DNA of 64,000 nt from the human T2T-CHM13v2.0 reference genome, Homo sapiens, in the NCBI RefSeq assembly GCF_009914755.1, contig NC_060934.1. One strand, 5' to 3'. The number at the start of each line of letters is the position of its first letter. Position 1 is the stretch's first letter. The position numbers and the translations under genes were made by a program. The notes below the pieces were generated by a model. It did no database searches. It had not been told where the DNA came from and saw only the letters and a program-made list of their open reading frames with translations. Positions 1-14,702 of the stretch are shown here, piece after piece.

Positions 1-2960
1 CTGAGGGAGAGGCCCTGGTGCAACTGATGGATGACATGAAGGTGAGTGAACTGGTTGTGCAGCATAATTGGGCCCTGTCCCGGATGTGACATTTCCATCT
101 CACAATAAATTGCTACTGGGTCTTCCTTTCCACCATCTCACAATGCTCCATTTTTACCAAGACCTAGTAACATGCTTTTTAGAGGAGTGTACAAATTCAT
201 GCTGTGGTTGGCACAGCCTTGCTCCAGGACTCTAGAAAACTCTATTGTGGGTCTCCATTTGAAGCTCGTGATAAATTCCATGTGGCATCTTGTCCATCCT
301 AGAAACTTTCAGTAACATAAGCTCTGGATGATCATGTGGTACAAATGACAGGGCTACCTGAACTGCAGCTTGAGCCTGCTTCACAGCTTTCTGTGCTCTG
401 GGCTTCCCTCAAAGCCATCAGCCTTGTGGGTCACCTGGTACATGAGCTGTTGCAGTTTTCTTAGGAGTGATGCTTGCTGCCTCCAAAACCTGGAGAGCCC
501 TACAAGGCGTTTTGCTTCCTGCATAGTTGAAAGAGATGTGAGATATAATAATGTGTTTTTTATTTTGGAGGGAAAGTCATAGCCTATCACAAATCATTGA
601 CCTAAATATTTCATTGATGGAATGTACCTCAAACTTTGTAGAGTTTATTCCCATCCTTCTGGAGCACATGTATAATAATAAGGTCTCAGATATACTGCTA
701 CTTTTGGCACATACAATGTAATAACATAATATCATCAAGACACTGTACAATGTAAATTTACTTGTACAATGTTCAAGTAAAATGTTCTATGGAGGGTCAG
801 ATGGTCTAGATCTCTTCAGACTATATTACAACCGAAGGTGGGGAAGTTACATAGCCCTTTGGAAAGGATATAAATTAATCTACTGTTAACTTTTACATGA
901 ATGAGAAAAGTTTATCTGTGCCCTTTCTGATAAGGATAGAAAAGGATATATTCCCTGGAGTAATTGAGGCACACATGTATCCTGAATGTATGTTAATCTG
1001 CTCTAGCAAAGATACTGCCTTACCACTGCAAATGGAATTGAGGCTACTATTTGGTTGAGTTTGTGGTAGTCCACTAATTTTTTCCTGGAATAAACCTAGG
1101 TTTTACAGGGACCAGATTCTTGGCGTAAATGAAGATGAAAAACACCACTGCTTAATCTTTTAAATCTTTTAGGGTGGCTCTAATTTATGCCACTCCACTC
1201 TCAATTTTATTGGCACTTTCTATTTTGACTAGAGGAGAAAATTGGCTTAAAAGACTATCATAGGATTTTCTACTGTAATTGTTCTTACCCCACTGTACAA
1301 GCAACAAATGTGGTGCTTGGGCTGAATTCAACAGTTCTTTTTATGTTTAGATATTCCTACCTCCCTAGTGTCTGGATAACAGGGTAAATCACAACATCCC
1401 TTCAGGGCAACTGTGAGAGTGTCGTTTCTATATACACATGCCACACTGTTGTGGAATCTTTTTCCTGGAGGCCTAGCCTTTCCTTCATTTGAAGGGTTCA
1501 GGATCAGGAAACTATCTTGGGTCTAGAAACTAACGAATTATGAATTTTTATTGAGGAAGTTGCCCTCAGACTCCTAAGTATTTGCCTTTGTTCTATTTGT
1601 ATAGAATAGTAAATACTATTGTTGATGGACAATCCTCCTTCTCCTAGAGATACAGAGCTCTGCTAACCATCCTCATGATCTCTACAGGTCAGATTCCTCT
1701 TACCGCAACTTTAGTCTTAGTGCTCATTATGATAATTCAGCCTGCCTTTTCTTTGGAACCTTGAATGCCACTACTTCATTCCTATGATTTCAGAGGTCTA
1801 TTATCACATTGCTATTAGTGAGGCCAGTTCCATACTGAGATCTTCTGGTGATACTGGTGCCTCTCTTACCAGCCCATTCACCCTTGCTTTGGTAACATAA
1901 TGCCCGCCAACACCTATTGAAGAATATAGCCATCTGGTGGTTATTCTGGCCTTACTTATTATGTTCACTATAACATATATTCTCCTCTAAATCATTTGAT
2001 CCACTCTTCTGCCATCTGCTGCTGCAATTCTTTCAGCAGTGGGTCCAGAAATCCACTTTCTGAAGTGGGTCCATCACTTTCAACAAATGGACCCACCCAG
2101 CAGTGTGTTAGACCCATCCTTTCTGGTCCTTTACAGGGTGTTAAATATGTAATCTTTTATGAGTGCTAGCAAATCATTAACTATCCCTCACCAGATTTTG
2201 TCTTCCAATTCCCTCCCCTCCTCCAGACGAAACTCTCAGAATCTAGTACTCCCATAAGTACTTTTCTGGTTCACATTGGAAAGAAATGTCTAGGTTTGGA
2301 AGTTACAAGGTACAGCATCTTTTATTCTTTAGGAGGTCTAGCGTCTTCCTGGCCATATTGTGCTGTAACTTAATCCTTATTATTGGACTGGTAGTAAGGA
2401 GAAAAAGTAGGATCAGATTCTGGAAAACATAAGAAGATGATATATTTTCTTGCAAGGGAGTGGGCACTGGATTATTGTCTAGCAGAGGTGGTAGGGTAGC
2501 AGGGTGACACTAGCCTTTACCTGTGAGAAATGAGCCATTTTTACTAGTCCAGAGGTTTCATTGTAATCAGAAAATTTAAAAAATTAAATGGTCATTCCTG
2601 ATGTTCTCATTCTCTGTCTCCAGGTCCTGCCTTATTCTAATCTGTGTCTTTACCTGGTATAGAAAACCCAGCTAGTTTGAAATTTCAAACTTTTCTGAAG
2701 CTCTGCTACTTTTAAGATTAAGGGCTACACCTGGTATGCCAGTTTTTCTACTCTCTGGTTACAGGAAATTTTAATCACTTTAAATGTTGTCAAAGAGGAC
2801 TTCTGGCATTGATACCTACCATTTAATTGTTTATTAACCATGCTCAGCCTTTCATTTTCTTTTTGCAGTCACCAACCACTCCTGCCTGATGCCACTAGCA
2901 ATGGCAAAAGCAATATTTTTTTTCTATATTGTCATCAACTAACCTAATTTAAATATATTT
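1..2960 (-). mobile_element. Decayed ERVL-class endogenous retrovirus internal region (gag-pro-pol remnant), cut by the window edge
   Basis: ORF 381-590(-) FPSKIKNTLLYLTSLSTMQEAKRLVGLSRFWRQ resembles the ERVL RT thumb (IPSKVKDKLLHLAPPTTKKEAQRLVGLFGFWRQ). The minus strand at ~720-750 reads VQCLDDIMLL (YIDD motif), ~850-875 reads FPKGYVTSP (LPQGYINSP) and ~2230-2270 reads PEKYLWEY*ILRV (gag). Confidence 0.85.
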
Positions 2961-4249
2961 GCTGCCCTGTGCTCAGTCAATAGTTTCAATTTTGGCTTTC
3001 AAACAAAATCATTATATCCTTAAATATCTAGTAAAATATACTATCCTCTCTAGGGAAAATCCAATGTTAATCCACGTGTCAAAATGGAAGAGTGTGAAAA
3101 TGTGGCTTTTTATTGTTATTAAATAATTTCAGATAGCATATAGAATCATTTTTATATTTTATAGGATGGTTTGTTTCTTTCATATAAAATGTCTTTCAGG
3201 ATTGATCCTTAATGTCATCTTCAAATCTATCTTCTGGTCTCATTTCCACATATATTTCAGCATACATGATTGTTGCCCCATACTTCCTTATCTCCGAGTG
3301 AAGGGTCCCCTAAAATGCCTGACCTGTGGTCCTTTACTGTACATTTTTGTCTGAAAGCATGCCTGAGCCAAGGAATGCAAGTCTATCAAGTACTAAGACC
3401 ATGTATAAATCCACTCTGCATTCCACAAAGCAAAGCAAAATGTCTGGCCTCTAGTTAGTTCTCTACAGAGTTGGTAAATATCTAGGATAAAAAGTGCATC
3501 ATAAAAAAAGAGCCAGACAGAAAGTTAGATGCTTCTAGGTGTGAAGTAGAAAATTGTATACAAAAGAAATTGAAAGTTGTCAAAGTATTAGGGTGTGAAC
3601 TTTTAGGTATATATATATTTTTTTCCATTTTGTATTTCTTTTAAGGAATATGTAATGATATTTGTTTAAATAAATTAAAGTAAAAAAATTAAGTAAACTG
3701 CCCAAAGAGGAAAGATATTAAACATCAGTATCTCTGTAGGGGATCCCTCCATTCCAGGCAGCAGTGAAGAAAAGGAGTTGCCCCAGCCTCAGTGATTGAG
3801 ATCTGCCTTTATTACCAGCCCAAGCTAACTTCTCAGGGGGATATTTTCAGGTAGGGTGCCAGCAGGCTTACCTTGTTAGCAGTGTTCCTATGTTCCTGGG
3901 GCAAAAAATCTATATAAATATTTTTGTGATGTTATCTTGATACTGTTTTCATGCAACACTTTATATAACTTACTTCCAGAGATTATGAGAATTAAGGCAA
4001 TATTTACAAGGTTCCTAAGTTCATTGGACTTAAGGCTCTTAACTGTATAAAAGAAACTATTATTTTCCACATTGGACAAAAGCAAAATCATTTTCTCCCC
4101 ATGTAATGTAAACTTGTTTCCTGACTATGTGAGGCAGGAATGGAAGCAATCACTGTTATTTAAAACAAAAAGAATCAACACGTTTGGCCTGTGCACAGGC
4201 ATGAAACCTTTCTGCTAAGATAAAGGCAGGAAAACAGCTCCAAAGGAAA

Positions 4250-4390
4250 CAGCATGACAGGAGTGTAGCTTGGGATCTGTAAAATTGGGCTTGAGATTTG
4301 ACTCTACCACCAACAAACTACATGGTGCTGGTCAAACTGCAAGTCTCTCTGACCCTTACTTTCCCATCCTAAAAGCTGGTATAATAACAA
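4250..4390 (+). mobile_element. MIR SINE fragment
   Basis: Core-like motifs gggcttgagatttgactctaccac ... ctctctgacccttactttcccatcctaaaagctggtataataa. Confidence 0.6.
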
Positions 4391-5019
4391 GGCAGCAATC
4401 GTCTCTCCCTTGTCTGTTTCCCAAGAAAGAAGATGGAAGAATAATCCTGGAAAAAAGAGACTGAATGGATTGGATGGTCGAAAGATATGAAATCCACTGA
4501 AATAGCCAGACAAAGTTAAATAATATTAAATGAAAATGTGCTACCTGCCAGAATTTTATCATAAATTTAAAAATCAACTAATTTGATTATGTCAGTCACC
4601 TATATTTTCTCTGTTACAAGCCGTTTACCTATTTCTAATTGCAAAAGTAGAGACTGTCCTTCCGTAAAAAAAAACAAGACCTCAAACAACAACTATTATT
4701 CAAAACAGTTAAGTGCTCACTTAATTTTGTGATAGTATTTGTGAAACACATTTTATTTCAGTTATTTTATGCTTATGATAACAATGTGGAACAAGAAAAA
4801 TCATGAGCACATATAGAGTTGAGTAAATAGAAACTTTCAGAGGTTCTGTGTTGGTCCATTCTTGAACTATAAGGAAATAATGGAGAAGAATTTGAATCAA
4901 GGCCCATCTCTCAAACCTGGGTTTTTAACTTCTCTAGTATATCATCCTGAGGACAGTGGAGATTTTTACATATTACTTGGCTTTGAGAAACTCGTCCTAA
5001 AATGAGAAATTTGATGTGG

Positions 5020-5280
5020 AAGGCAAAGCACAAGCTCTGAAGTCAGAAACGCCTGAGTTTGAATACCAGCTACACAATTTCAGGAGCCACAGAAAATTGA
5101 CCAAAACTTATCTGAGCGCCGGTTTCCTCCACTGTAAAATTAGATGGAAATACTGTCTTTGAAAATTTGCATATGGTTTATAAACTAATGTTTAGAAACT
5201 AATATATGGTTTAGAAAGTAGCACAATGCCTGGCCCATATTCAGTATTTTGCAAATGGTAATATTGGTTTCGCTATTATT
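5020..5280 (+). mobile_element. MIR SINE
   Basis: gctctgaagtcagaaacgcctgagtttgaataccagct ... ctgagcgccggtttcctccactgtaaaat ... agcacaatgcctggcccata. Confidence 0.75.
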
Positions 5281-5464
5281 GCAAATAGAATTATTTTATT
5301 TAGTATAAGAATAAATGATAAAATTGTCATGGTTGTATCCCCCAGAGTTTTGTACGTGACACTCAGATGGATATATCAATCCATATTTTCATTCCCGCAG
5401 CATAATGCTATGAAAGTTCACGCAGAAGGGGAAGAATAGCTCAGGCACTACTACTGCTAACAGC

Positions 5465-5705
5465 ATTAATAGCCTACATGTATAGCACTTCCTACATGCC
5501 AGTCATTGTTCTAAAGGCTTTATAGGCAGTTAAGCCACACCAACTCTATGAGGTAGGTGCTATGATCACATCATCCATGTTGAGGATGAAAACTTGCTGC
5601 AAAGCAATATTAAATAACTTACTTAAGGCCACATAGCCAGGAATGGATGGAGCCAGAACTCGAAGATAATTTGGTTCTAGATTCTGGGCTCTCAACCATA
5701 ACTGG
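5465..5705 (-). mobile_element. MIR SINE
   Basis: tatagcacttcctacatgccag ... caactctatgaggtaggtgctat ... aaataacttacttaaggccacatagc (antisense MIR). Confidence 0.75.
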
Positions 5706-5910
5706 TTACTGCTGCAGAACTCCTAGGGACTGCAACAGAGATAATACAAGAAGGAAAGGGTAATGGTGTAGTGACAGTTTTGCATGAAATTGATGATTTT
5801 TCTTGCAAGTAAAACAAAACAAAGTCAAAAAAAGAGACACAAAACCAACAGAGAACCATTGTAGCATTTCTCTGTCTTCCATTTTTAAAGCTCTACACTC
5901 TTTCCTGGTG

Positions 5911-5912
<2 letters not shown>

Positions 5913-5942
<30 letters not shown>

Positions 5943-5986
5943 CACGCATGTGTGTGTGTGTGAATGTGTGTGTGTGTGTGTGTGTG
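5913..5986. repeat. Interrupted (TG)n microsatellite
   Basis: Directly visible GT dinucleotide array with cacgca and aa interruptions. Confidence 0.97.
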
Positions 5987-6269
5987 GTGTAGTAGCAGTA
6001 GTAGTAAAAGAAAATACATAAACACATTTGGCCCTGGAAGATTTTTCCTTAGTGAGAAATAAATTGTGCAACCATGTAACTAGCATACATAGCACTCTTC
6101 AATAATCAAAGTTCCTTACCTACGTCTAATTCTCATACTATGTCTTTGAAAAAGGTGATGATCATGCCAATTTTCAAATAAGGAAGCCAAATCACCATTA
6201 GTTTTGGCCTATAAATCAATCTGTTCTCTGACTCTAAGCTCCACGACTTTTATTTTATAGATACAGTAG

Positions 6270-6420
6270 GTATGTCCTGCTACTATGTACCAGACTGTTC
6301 TAGGCACTCAACAGATGGAGATAAATAAGACACAGCACAGCTTCAGCCTTGAGTGTCTCCTCACAAGCTAGTGGAAAATAGAGACAAGAAGATGTACAAC
6401 CATACAATACAGTATAATTC
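6270..6420 (-). mobile_element. L2 LINE 3' fragment
   Basis: ctactatgtaccagactgttctaggcact ... ataaataagacacag matches antisense L2 3' end. Confidence 0.55.
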
Positions 6421-7287
6421 TCTAATTTTTGAAAGAGAGCTAGAGGGGAAGAGTACTGGAATGAGGGTGAGAAGATAAATCATCAATAAAGTTCTAAATA
6501 CAAAAATGACTATGGTTGTGTAAAGGTATCAGCCTCGCTGTTACCTAGCCATCTCCAAGCATCTGTGACTGACACATTTCTACAGAACAACTGACTTCAT
6601 TCCTGGGTATCAGAGTGCACAGATCATGTGTCTTTATTGATATCTTTTTCTTGGCATATAAGCCCTAAGTAAATGTTTGAATAAACTCAGTTGTACCCCC
6701 ATATACTTTCCAATTTGAATGGTGGTGCTGTGAGGCAAAAGAGAGTTTAAAACATGAAGAGATATTTTATTTCCTCTTTTAACGCCTCATATTCAACAGC
6801 ATTACCATCACAGTGTACCCTTTAAACCGCTGCAGCAGCCTGTTGAATTAAGGAGTGACAAAAACAAGTTTTCCTGTATTCTTCATTAACAAACAATTCA
6901 ACAACACATTCACAGAATTAGGCAACGAATCATTTGTTTCTAATGTTCACAGAGGGTAGTAGGCTCTATTTCTAACATGTGTAGCACTATCTTGATGAAG
7001 CTTAGCCAACTACTCAATTCCCATTGCTGCTACCCTTGATGTAGTAAATACACAGCAGAATTTTTCCCCAAGGAGTGCACTTAATAAAACATATATCATC
7101 AGTTCTGAGGAAACATCATAGTGAGACCCAGTAACTACTGAAAAATCTGCAACAAGTCTCGTCCTGACCAAGTTGTGCAAATGAGAGAGACAGGGATGGG
7201 CAACCTGGGCAATGACAGCTATACAGAATCCACATATTTAGTATTTAACTATGGGCACAGTTTTTCATCTATAACAATTCTTCAGAA

Positions 7288-7306
7288 CACAAACACACAT
7301 ACATGA

Positions 7307-7347
<41 letters not shown>

Positions 7348-7348
7348 C
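7288..7348. repeat. (CA)n microsatellite
   Basis: Directly visible CA array. Confidence 0.97.
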
Positions 7349-9419
7349 TTCCCAGGAGTTACCAGTGGTTGAAATTTGATTATAATTACCTTTCATGTCT
7401 TTCTTCAGTTCCTGATTACCCTGTGTGTAGATGACTTTAGCAATCAATAAGTGGTTAATAATAGACGATTAAGAGGAAGGAGGAGGATAAAGACAAGACA
7501 CTTAATCCTCAGACAGGATAATCAGTTTCTGTGTTTCTGTAAAATCAAGAATCACCTGTGCATATAGTGATGCTACAGGGATCCATGGAATGTGGAAAAT
7601 TCCAAAGAGCTTTGGAGTCCAATAAGCCTGGGTTAAAACCCTAGCTAAATTACTTTGTATAGACTCTCAGTACTTCATCTAATTTGTCTGTAAAATGCAT
7701 TGCAGAGATGTTGAGAACTTTGACTGGGGCCATAAACATGATAGTTCTAGCTTAACATTTTCTACTGCATCAGTGAAAGGAATGCAATAAACAGTTGTCT
7801 CTTCTGCTCTGCTACCTGTTAGTCATTCAACCAGTAGTGGGGATGGTTTTACACTGAAAAATCCACTCTTTTAACCAATCCACCAGAATGATAAACAGAT
7901 GGCTAAGTGGTATCTCAGCTTCAGAATTTAGTTTTCAAAATGTGCTTACAGTGTGCTTTATCATGTGACCAATGCTCTTTTTGAAGACCCTCAACACTTT
8001 GACTGTCTGGAACATGGAGATATGTGTTGAGCTTCTTGAATCACCATGACAAAAGGCAAATGTGAACAACTAGTGAGAACTAAAGAGTTCAGACTCAATT
8101 TTGGATTGTTACCAGATGTCCAAGGAAAGCCAACTGCTTTCAGCACAGGTTACATCTGCTTAATTAGCAGTGAAAAGCATCTTTAGATGACCACAGAGGA
8201 ATTAAATAGCTGCAGATAAATGACCAAAATGAGCTCAACGATGCTATATCAAACAGAGGGGAACAGAACACAATCTAGTAACATGACTGCAAGTAGAATT
8301 GCAGATTAATAACTTTGTGTTTTACAAGTTAATGGGGCACATACAGCACCAGACTGGAAGTAAATGAATGACAGGACATAGTGCATATCCTGGCACTTCA
8401 ATAAATAAATAATTTTAACACTAATTGCAATTAAATTGCCTTTCTTTAATATGATCCTATAATTGCACAATACCTTGTTCAGTGCCTGACTCTTTCCTAA
8501 ATGGGCTACATATAAAAGAAGTTGACTTAGCTAAAATGGTCATAAATGTACCCTCGTACTTTTCTTCTATTGGGCTAGTGACTGCTGGGCATAATAACTA
8601 TATCTAATGGGATTGTTATTGTTTGTTTGTACAAACACAAGAGGAAAAATAGCATTACAGTGAATTGGATAAATCTGAACCCCTCTTGCACTAAAAGCAG
8701 CACCACCTTTTTTCTGACTCATTCCTCTTTCTGGGATGATAACCGTTGCCAAGTGTTAAAGAAATGTTTTGGTTATCCAGTTTTGCTTTTTGTCTACCTT
8801 CTCCTTAGAATTAGGTAGACAACTCTCTGGTCAGAAACGCTACTGAACCTGTGAACTTGGCTCTGACTTTGTGTAAACCATCCGCAGGCTAATGCTTCCC
8901 CTTTGGGATCCTCGTCTTCCTATGTGTATTTAGGTCTCTTGTAGTGCTATTCTCACCACATGTATTCATTAGCCTGTTTATGTGGGTTTCTGAGTCCAGG
9001 AAAAGGACCTTATTTGTATGGTGAATGCTCTAAAAATATTGACTGTCTGGATTAAAAAAAGAAAAATTGAAGAATGTCAAATTCAAAAAAAAAAAAAAGT
9101 TAATGTGCATGTATGTCCTCAACCAATGAATACTTATTTAGCATCCGTCTTGTGGAAGAATCTCTATATAATTCCACCTGCCAAGCTAAGCATCAGAAGC
9201 TGTATCTGTCCAGACAGTTTTTTAATCTAACTAGTATTAATACAAAGAGATCATCTGCTTAAGAATTATATCTTAAATGTAAGATGTAATTTCTCCTTTC
9301 AAAAAATTAAACAATCACTTTGCAAAAAAGGAACATAATATTAAATTTAACCAACAAACAAAACCTTACTATTAGATGCTGCACTGAATTAAATATTAAG
9401 ATGTTACTCCTTACCAGAG

Positions 9420-9585
9420 CCCTAAGCAAAAATCTTCTATTATTATCCTATTTCACTGATGAGGAAATGGAGGCATAGATTAGAAAACATCATCACTTGT
9501 TTCTCTGCAGGCAAGTGATGGACCAAGTTTAAACCTTAACCAAATGGTTCCAGAGCTTGTGTGTATCACAACCTCACCATATGAC
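9420..9585 (-). mobile_element. MIR SINE fragment
   Basis: tattattatcctatttcactgatgaggaaatggaggcatag (antisense MIR core). Confidence 0.6.
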
Positions 9586-10439
9586 TCTCAAAAAATAAAA
9601 GTTAAGAATTTAAAGGAGGGAAGTCATTGATAGTCAAGAATTAGAGAGACCAGAGAAAGTTTCAAAGCGAGATGAACTAAACCATTAAACAAAGGGAAGA
9701 TTTATAAGGGCAGAAAGGAGCAGATGAAGGGGCTCTATCAGAGTGAGAAAAATAAGCATAGATGTGCAAATGAATACGAGGTGACAGGAGGAAAAGGCAT
9801 AGGTAAGCTGTAGTGAGCGACAAGGCCAGACAGAAAACTGTAGAAGACTTTGACTGCCAACTCAAAAATCTTCAGAGGTTTTTGCCACCCAAGCACCCCA
9901 GACAGACAGTGCTGTTTACCAATGTTTTGATACCTTAGCTCCACAGGATAATGTCTGCTTCTTCAAGAAAGCAACAATTGCAGAGGAATAAAGGACTCAG
10001 ATCACACCCCATGCTACCTGCCTGACAATGAAGAATCCTGTAAGGGTCACAAAAGGCCTATAGGAATGTGCTAATCTGAAAAAAGTCACTCTCTCCAGAT
10101 AAACACATGCCTTATTAAGCAGATGGTATCTCTGTACTAGTTAGATAAAGAAAGTGTTGAGGCTGATATAGTTACTGATAGCCAGCTTGGCTAATGCGAC
10201 AAAGGCTGGATTTCAGTGTCCACTCAGTTCCTCACCAGGCTTTTGCATACTGCCAAGTTTGACCAACATTGTATACCACAGACTTGATCACAATGCAAAT
10301 TTTTTGATTCTTCTGATTTTCAAATGTTTTTTTAATTACAAAGATTGTTTATATATGCATATATTCAAAGTATTCTTTTATTCTGTTCAAGAAACTGAGA
10401 AGCTATTGATGTTTAGTAGAACAATAATCAGTTATAAAA

Positions 10440-11140
<701 letters not shown>

Positions 11141-12344
11141 TCCCAAAGAAATTCACTTCAATATACACATGCTTTCTGGCATTTGTGCTAGCAGCTAGAC
11201 TGGACAAAGGAAAGAGATAGCACATGTTATTTACTTTGAAAGGGCTCACAATTTAGTGAAAGACAAGAAATAGAAACATAGTTAAGGCACAAGAAAATCT
11301 GAAGAGCAAGTGGGTTTGATTGTGCTAGAAAATAAGTAAATATATAAATATTTAACCTTGGCAATTGCAGAGGGAGAAATAATTTTTTTAGGAGATTTAG
11401 CAGATAAAAGGAGATTGACAAAGGAAAACATAGTTATCACCCTGTTGGAAAATAAGAGAAAAATGCCAGCTTATCCCATGTCACTGTAAATACAAATAAG
11501 AATAATTTCCAGGTTGAAATTCAACAGTTACTACTCCAGTAAGATTAAATAAGATGGAGGAAGATAGATTGGAGGAAAAACAGAGATATCCTTTGAATGT
11601 TCTTTACTCAAGAAATTTTGGAGTGGTTCTAATAAATTTATGATTTTATTATTCATCAATAAGTCTCACTTTGAGAATTCTGTTACAGTTGATCTGTGAA
11701 TTAAACTTTTAGAAATACTTTATCGTCTCCTGCTGCCTACTATTATTTCCTAAATTATGATTTTGTTTACATTCTAGTTCTCAAAGTAACTATGTTATTA
11801 TGGGAAAAAAAATCTCTTTCCTTTATTTGGTCTTAAGAAAGTCTAATGAGCATGGTCAGCGAACCAAGCACATAATGACTCCTTGTTTGGGGTTGATTTG
11901 TGTACGCAAAGTGATATGTTGAAGTCTTAACCCCCAGTACCTCAGAATGCAACCTTACTTGGAAATAGGGTCTTTGCAGATGTCCTCAAGTTAAGTTGAG
12001 ATCATTAGGTGGGCTCTAATCTAATATGACCCATGGTCTTATAGGAAAGGGAAAGTCAGATTGACAGACACATACAAAAGAGAATGCAGAGACACAAGGC
12101 AAACAGCCTGTGCAAATGGAGGCAAAGGTTTAACTGATGTATTCACCAACCAAGGATGCCCAGGATTGCAAGCTATCAGCAGAAACCAGGAGAGAGGCAA
12201 GGCCTGTTCTTCCTCAACAATGTCAGAATGATTCAGCCCTGCCTACACATTGATTTCAGATGGTCAGCCTCCAGGATTGTGAGAAAATACACGCATGCTG
12301 TATTAAGCTAACCAGTTTGTGACATTTTATTAAGGCAGCATTAG

Positions 12345-12851
12345 TGATAGAGGCAGAAGGCAGACAAATGCCTAGGCAGATAGGGGCAGGTCCCCAGTGA
12401 AACCCGAATATCAAGTTGGAAACTGTCTCAGGTAAATCCTTGGACTGCATTGAGAACATGCTTTCCCATTTGGTGCACTTTTCTCTGATTGATCCCCATC
12501 CTTTACCTATTTTAAATATACCTACCCTTTCCTAATTGGGTTTCTACACTGTTGTCACCACCTTTGAGTGGTGTCTTCACTTGTACTGTTTTTGCATACT
12601 CACAAACCAATCAGTACACGCTCCCTATGCTGAGCCCATAAAAGCCCCAGGCTCAGCCATATTGGGGAACTTTCCTGTCTTCAGGTAGGAGAACCACCCC
12701 CCTGCATCCCTTCTTTTTGCTGAGAGCTTTCCTTTTGCTTAATAAATGCTACTCCACTCACTCAATCCTTGATGGCCACATACCTAATTCTTCTTGGTCA
12801 TGAGACAAGAACCTGAACTTAGCTGAGCTAAGGAGCAAAAATCCTGCATCA
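12345..12851 (+). mobile_element. 5' LTR (MER66-like)
   Basis: TG...CA termini; cataaaa TATA-like box ~12637; AATAAA ~12741; direct repeat of 18912-19416. Confidence 0.9.
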
Positions 12852-12854
12852 TTT

Positions 12855-12875
12855 TTGTGGCTAGTATGGAGATCG
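12855..12875 (+). promoter_or_regulatory. Primer-binding site, tRNA-Ile-like
   Basis: ttgtggctagtatggagatcg matches TGGTGGCCCGTACGGGGATCG (recalled complement of the tRNA-Ile 3' end) at 16/21, 3 nt after the LTR. Confidence 0.65.
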
Positions 12876-13017
12876 GAGGAATGGTAAGTAAAATGTGGAC
12901 CTAAAAATCCTCTTTCACTTTTGTTTTCAAGGCTTCTCATCCTCAGACCTTTTTTCTGAAAACACATGGAGCACTGGGTCTCTGCTAGCCAATTAAGAAT
13001 GAATGGCACACCTGTAG

Positions 13018-13578
<561 letters not shown>

Positions 13579-14636
13579 TAGGCATCCCCAACCCCTAACT
13601 TACTGGCCTCAGGCAGCACGAGATGGATGGGTGAGTGGTAGCTCCCTGCTGCTACCCCATCCCCTCCCAGCTGGGGCTCATGGCCATGTCTGCTTCATGC
13701 ACACACTGCATACAATAGCCATGCGGGGCTAGAATGAGCTGCAGCTGCCACCCGGGCCACAAGGTGGTTTCAGGGGCTAAGGACCCAGTGTGTCTGGCTG
13801 GCTAGTTTTTCCTGTTCGCTGTCCCTTCCTGCCTCGTGCCCACGGAGTATTTCCTCCTATGGCTGAACCAGGAAGAGGGTACAAACAATTATGAGTTTTC
13901 CACCATGTTGGAGGAACCCATTTGAAAAAAGCCGGAGGCTTTTGTTCCTTCAGCCATCTTCCTCACCCTGCACTAAAGCTGTCTTTTTTTTTTCCCTTTT
14001 CTCCACCATGTCAGGAGTTAACACATAGCCCTGTGAATACAGACAGCTTTTCTATATGAGAGGTTATTTTTTCCTTTTGAAAGGCATCTTGCAAAGCCAG
14101 GACCCCAATTCACAGGACTGCTTTTTCTCTCCCTTGTTTCAGGAGGGCCACCTGGGACTTAATGAGTCCATGAACCATTCTGAGGCACATTTTTGTCCCA
14201 AAGTCAATTACAAGCTTTGGGTTGAAGTCCTAGCAAGGAAAACTGGATCCAGAGGCCAGATGACAATGGAAGTCAAAAGGCACAGTGCAGGTGAGCATGA
14301 CTAATTCCTGCCGATTAGCCACCTCATCCCATCTCATGGACAGAGAACGTGCTAGCATCCATGGCATAGGTAAGGTTTAGGGAACTCAAAAGTTACCAAC
14401 AGCAGGAAGAATAGGCAGCACGTGGGTGAATGTGGATAATTCCCACCCCTATGCCTCCCTGTTAACATGGGTGAAAGCCACAGTGGCACCCATGGGTGGA
14501 ACCCTGCCAAGGTCGCTGGGACTCAGGGATATAAGGACAGAAGAAAGGGGGACACTTCTTCTTTCTCTCCCTCACATACCCAGTTATTGACTGGGAAGAG
14601 AAAGAAACTAGGAACACCTTGTTCCCTTCTTTCTGG

Positions 14637-14702
14637 ATGGGTAACCAATAACCTTCAGTCTGTATTTCACTCAAATGCCTCCTGAATCATTGTGATTCCT
14701 TT
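14637..14702 (+). pseudogene. ERV1 gag N-terminal remnant
   Basis: Reads MGNQ*PSVCISLKCLLNHCDSF, like gammaretroviral-type matrix starts (MGN..S..TPL.C.L.HW..F). Confidence 0.6.

Noticed and set aside
5706-6095. 129-aa and 72-aa ORFs with HTHT/VCVC runs
   Set aside because: Reading frames are held open by the (TG)n microsatellite; no protein signal.
6786-6856. ATTCAACAG/CTGTTGAAT inverted repeat as a pre-miRNA
   Set aside because: Only a 9-bp perfect stem with a ~40-nt poorly paired interior; expected by chance.
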